Positions 25,383 to 27,165 of a stretch of 27,165 nt of DNA are shown piece by piece. Location of the stretch: positions 1-27,165 of the IMG/VR virus record IMGVR_UViG_3300005805_000382; one strand, written 5' to 3'. Made by a program: the position numbers and the translations under genes. Numbering within the stretch: position 1 is the stretch's first letter; every line of letters begins with the position of its first letter. Under the pieces are notes generated by a model. The model did no database searches, was not told where the DNA came from, and was given only the letters and a program-made list of their open reading frames with translations. This DNA comes from a virus. Taxonomy: Duplodnaviria > Caudoviricetes.

Positions 25383-26142
25383 AAATTTTAATCTGAATAA
25401 AATTAAAAAAGTAAAACCTGGAAATTTAAGAATTACAACAATAGACAACCGCTTTTACAACGATGTCCCGTTTGTTAATTCTAAAAAATCCCTACCCAGA
25501 TGGTTTAGAAGCATACATAAGGGGAATTTTTCAGTTAGGTCATGTTCAGGAATTTCTGATTTTTTGGAAATTGGAGCAACAATCCCAGCGTGGACAAGTT
25601 TTAAGTTTACCCCAAATATAGAGAGCGGTTCATGGGACTGCGAGACTGGCTCGCTAAATCCAATGCCAACAGACTTTCAGATGCAGATGGTCAGCGGTTT
25701 TCCTTTTCATCAAACAGGTAGCTGCCCAATGACACACGCCAGGAAAATTGAAAAAATGGCTTATCCAAAATTGATAACCCCATGGAGAATCCAGACTGCG
25801 CCAGGCTGGTCAATACTTGTGCTTCCAATTTATTACGAAGAAAACAGTGATTATTCAGTCTTGCCAGCAGTTGTCAATACGGACTATTACCAAATCGTAA
25901 ACATAGTTTTAAACGTAAAAACAGATGTTGAATTTTTAATACAACAGGGGACCCCATTGGCCCACATAATTCCAATTCAAAGGAAAAACGATATTAAAAA
26001 CATTGAATGCATAGATGAAAAGTTTTATAAATATGCATCATCTGGAATGTATTTAACTGGCGGAATTTCTCCTGCCGGCAGCACTGGCCTTGCATACAGA
26101 AAAGCCGCAAAAATAGTTGATTCAGCAATCAACAAAGATTAA
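25372..26142 (+). CDS. Hypothetical protein, possibly dUTPase-like beta-clip fold (DUF6065-like)
   Basis: LPRWF...VRSCSG, KLITPWRIQTAPGWS, VVNTD and IQQGTPLAHIIP. The family is recalled from phage oxygenase clusters and not verified. Confidence 0.72.
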   Translation: MKIKNFNLNKIKKVKPGNLRITTIDNRFYNDVPFVNSKKSLPRWFRSIHKGNFSVRSCSGISDFLEIGATIPAWTSFKFTPNIESGSWDCETGSLNPMPTDFQMQMVSGFPFHQTGSCPMTHARKIEKMAYPKLITPWRIQTAPGWSILVLPIYYEENSDYSVLPAVVNTDYYQIVNIVLNVKTDVEFLIQQGTPLAHIIPIQRKNDIKNIECIDEKFYKYASSGMYLTGGISPAGSTGLAYRKAAKIVDSAINKD

Positions 26143-26148
26143 AAATGC

Positions 26149-26418
26149 TTAATTAACATCTACCGCGACCCATTTTCCAATTGGGCATTCGGCATAGGCG
26201 AGCTTCGTCTTTAGATTCATAAAACAACCGCACTTACGGCACTGTTTTGTGAGGTCAATTAGGTACTCGCATTCGAGACACATATCCATGCGTTCTTTTG
26301 CCGTCGCCTCGTCGGCATATTCAGTATCTGGATTGATGAACGCGGCCGGCGATACCCTGCCCGTCGACTGACGTTCGGCATTCCGTTTTTTCCATTCTTG
26401 CCAGGGCGAAGATGTCAT
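26149..26418 (-). CDS. Small Cys-rich metal-binding protein (DUF6171-like)
   Basis: RMDMCLECE...QCRKCGCFMNLKTKL...CPIGKW. Confidence 0.8.
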   Translation of the reverse strand: MTSSPWQEWKKRNAERQSTGRVSPAAFINPDTEYADEATAKERMDMCLECEYLIDLTKQCRKCGCFMNLKTKLAYAECPIGKWVAVDVN

Positions 26419-26422
26419 GGAG

Positions 26423-26629
26423 TTATTCTACAGCAGGTACAAAACTAGTGCCAGTCCAGTGTGAGCCCTGCTCTACCGGTTCATCAGATACAACAATTTT
26501 AGGGTCGCTACTAAGAATTGCTATAAGTCTTTCTATAGCAGGAAGAAGATTTCCCTCCTCGTCGCGAACTATTGGAACCGGCATTTCCCATGCAGCCTCT
26601 CCATCAACAACAAATATAAAATGACTCAT
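26423..26629 (-). CDS. Small protein, possible fibre-assembly chaperone
   Basis: ATG 26629 follows GAAAGGTGA (track start 26638). C-terminal VEQGSHWTGTSFVP resembles the G-x-x-(W/Y)-x-G-x-x-F-x-P ending of tail-fibre accessory proteins. Confidence 0.68.
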   Translation of the reverse strand: MSHFIFVVDGEAAWEMPVPIVRDEEGNLLPAIERLIAILSSDPKIVVSDEPVEQGSHWTGTSFVPAVE

Positions 26630-26647
26630 TTGTATCACCTTTCAAAA

Positions 26648-27163
26648 CTATAGGACAACACACTGGTCGCCGCCAGTAACACGGTAGCCGCCAGTAACAG
26701 AACAATACTGTACATTAACAGGACCAAGAAGTTCACAACAACTATTACAAGGACCGGTTACGTAGCCTGTGCAGTCAGAACTTGTACTGTATAACAATCC
26801 ATAAATTGTGCCTTCAACATAAGGATGTGTTCCACCAGAAACCGGAACACATCCATAGTCAAACCAATTTGACCATGACCCCGAGCATCCACTTTGCGCT
26901 CCACACGAAACATCACATGGACCAGGCGTTCCACCACCAGGGAGAGCGCTATCTCGAGTCCACCGTTGGCAAACTGTAGATTTTGTACCACAACTGTCGC
27001 AACCGCTGTCATCGTAGTTTGTACATGACGCAAGTGTCCATCCCGTGGCCGCGCTCGATTCCGCGGAGAAGGAGCCACTGCCATTACTGTTTACCGCTGC
27101 GACAGTTACACTCCAGTCTGAAGCGCTGTAATAGTGGCTTCTGGAGTAAGACCCCCTTGTATT
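26648..27163 (-). CDS. C-terminal part of an FN3-domain protein with a 14-Cys tail (truncated by the window end)
   Basis: Not in the ORF track. A hand-translated frame is open from the window end to TAG at 26648: ...WSVTVAAVNSNGSGSFS (end of an FN3 domain), then CTNYDDSGCDSCGTKSTVC...CNSCCELLGPVNVQYCSVTGGYRVTGGDQCVVL. The next gene's RBS follows the stop. Confidence 0.8.
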   Translation of the reverse strand, partial: NTRGSYSRSHYYSASDWSVTVAAVNSNGSGSFSAESSAATGWTLASCTNYDDSGCDSCGTKSTVCQRWTRDSALPGGGTPGPCDVSCGAQSGCSGSWSNWFDYGCVPVSGGTHPYVEGTIYGLLYSTSSDCTGYVTGPCNSCCELLGPVNVQYCSVTGGYRVTGGDQCVVL

Positions 27164-27165
27164 CC

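Noticed and set aside
21178-26142. Classical RiPP or secondary-metabolite cluster
   Set aside because: There is no separate short precursor with a leader, and no adjacent peptidase or exporter. The His/Cys peptide is embedded in a structural protein. It is kept only as a protein-modification hypothesis.
26758-27084. 108-aa minus-strand ORF in the track
   Set aside because: A different minus frame (26648-27163) is open throughout, has an FN3 ending and abuts the next gene's RBS, so it is the better gene.
16084-27165. Diversity-generating retroelement acting on the fibre tips
   Set aside because: There is no reverse transcriptase in the window. The repeats seen differ at synonymous sites, not specifically at adenines.
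1-27165. Alternative genetic code, CRISPR array, tRNA/rRNA, integrase or transposase
   Set aside because: Standard-code ORFs tile the window with coupled starts and stops using all three stop codons. Intergenic gaps are short, and I saw no repeat-spacer array, cloverleaf or recombinase motif by eye.

Overview
The window is a densely packed stretch of a probable large tailed phage (Caudoviricetes) of Actinomycetota. The host call rests on a WhiB-like gene cut by the left edge (absent from the ORF track), an LPxTG-type surface protein and an actinophage-style lysis cassette. From left to right: (1) an accessory block with WhiB, an HslV/proteasome-beta-like Thr protease, a metallophosphoesterase and two winged-helix proteins (1-4433). 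(2) A minus-strand block where an M15-like endolysin and holin-like genes sit between two large exported surface proteins, a 469-aa Ig-like/LPQTG protein and an 835-aa FBA-like + SUEL-lectin + LCCL + acidic-repeat membrane protein (4525-10103). (3) A six-gene glycosylation operon: three glycosyltransferases, a HAD-nucleotidyltransferase fusion, a methyltransferase and a GDPD-like enzyme (10184-15256). (4) A divergently transcribed tail/fibre module ending in two paralogous Gly-rich proteins, the longer with a His/Cys-rich insert (15383-21579). (5) A cassette with a prolyl-4-hydroxylase-like 2OG-Fe(II) oxygenase, a flavin-dependent halogenase and three or four unknowns (21589-26142). (6) A convergent, truncated FN3 + 14-Cys gene with two small partners (26149-27165). 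The best candidate for an undescribed system is a virion-fibre decoration pathway (hydroxylation, halogenation, glycosylation, metal-binding tip). A second candidate is phage-encoded display of lectins on the host surface. Both are inferences from motifs and gene order read by eye; no database searches were run. I saw no RNA genes, CRISPR array, integrase or transposase.
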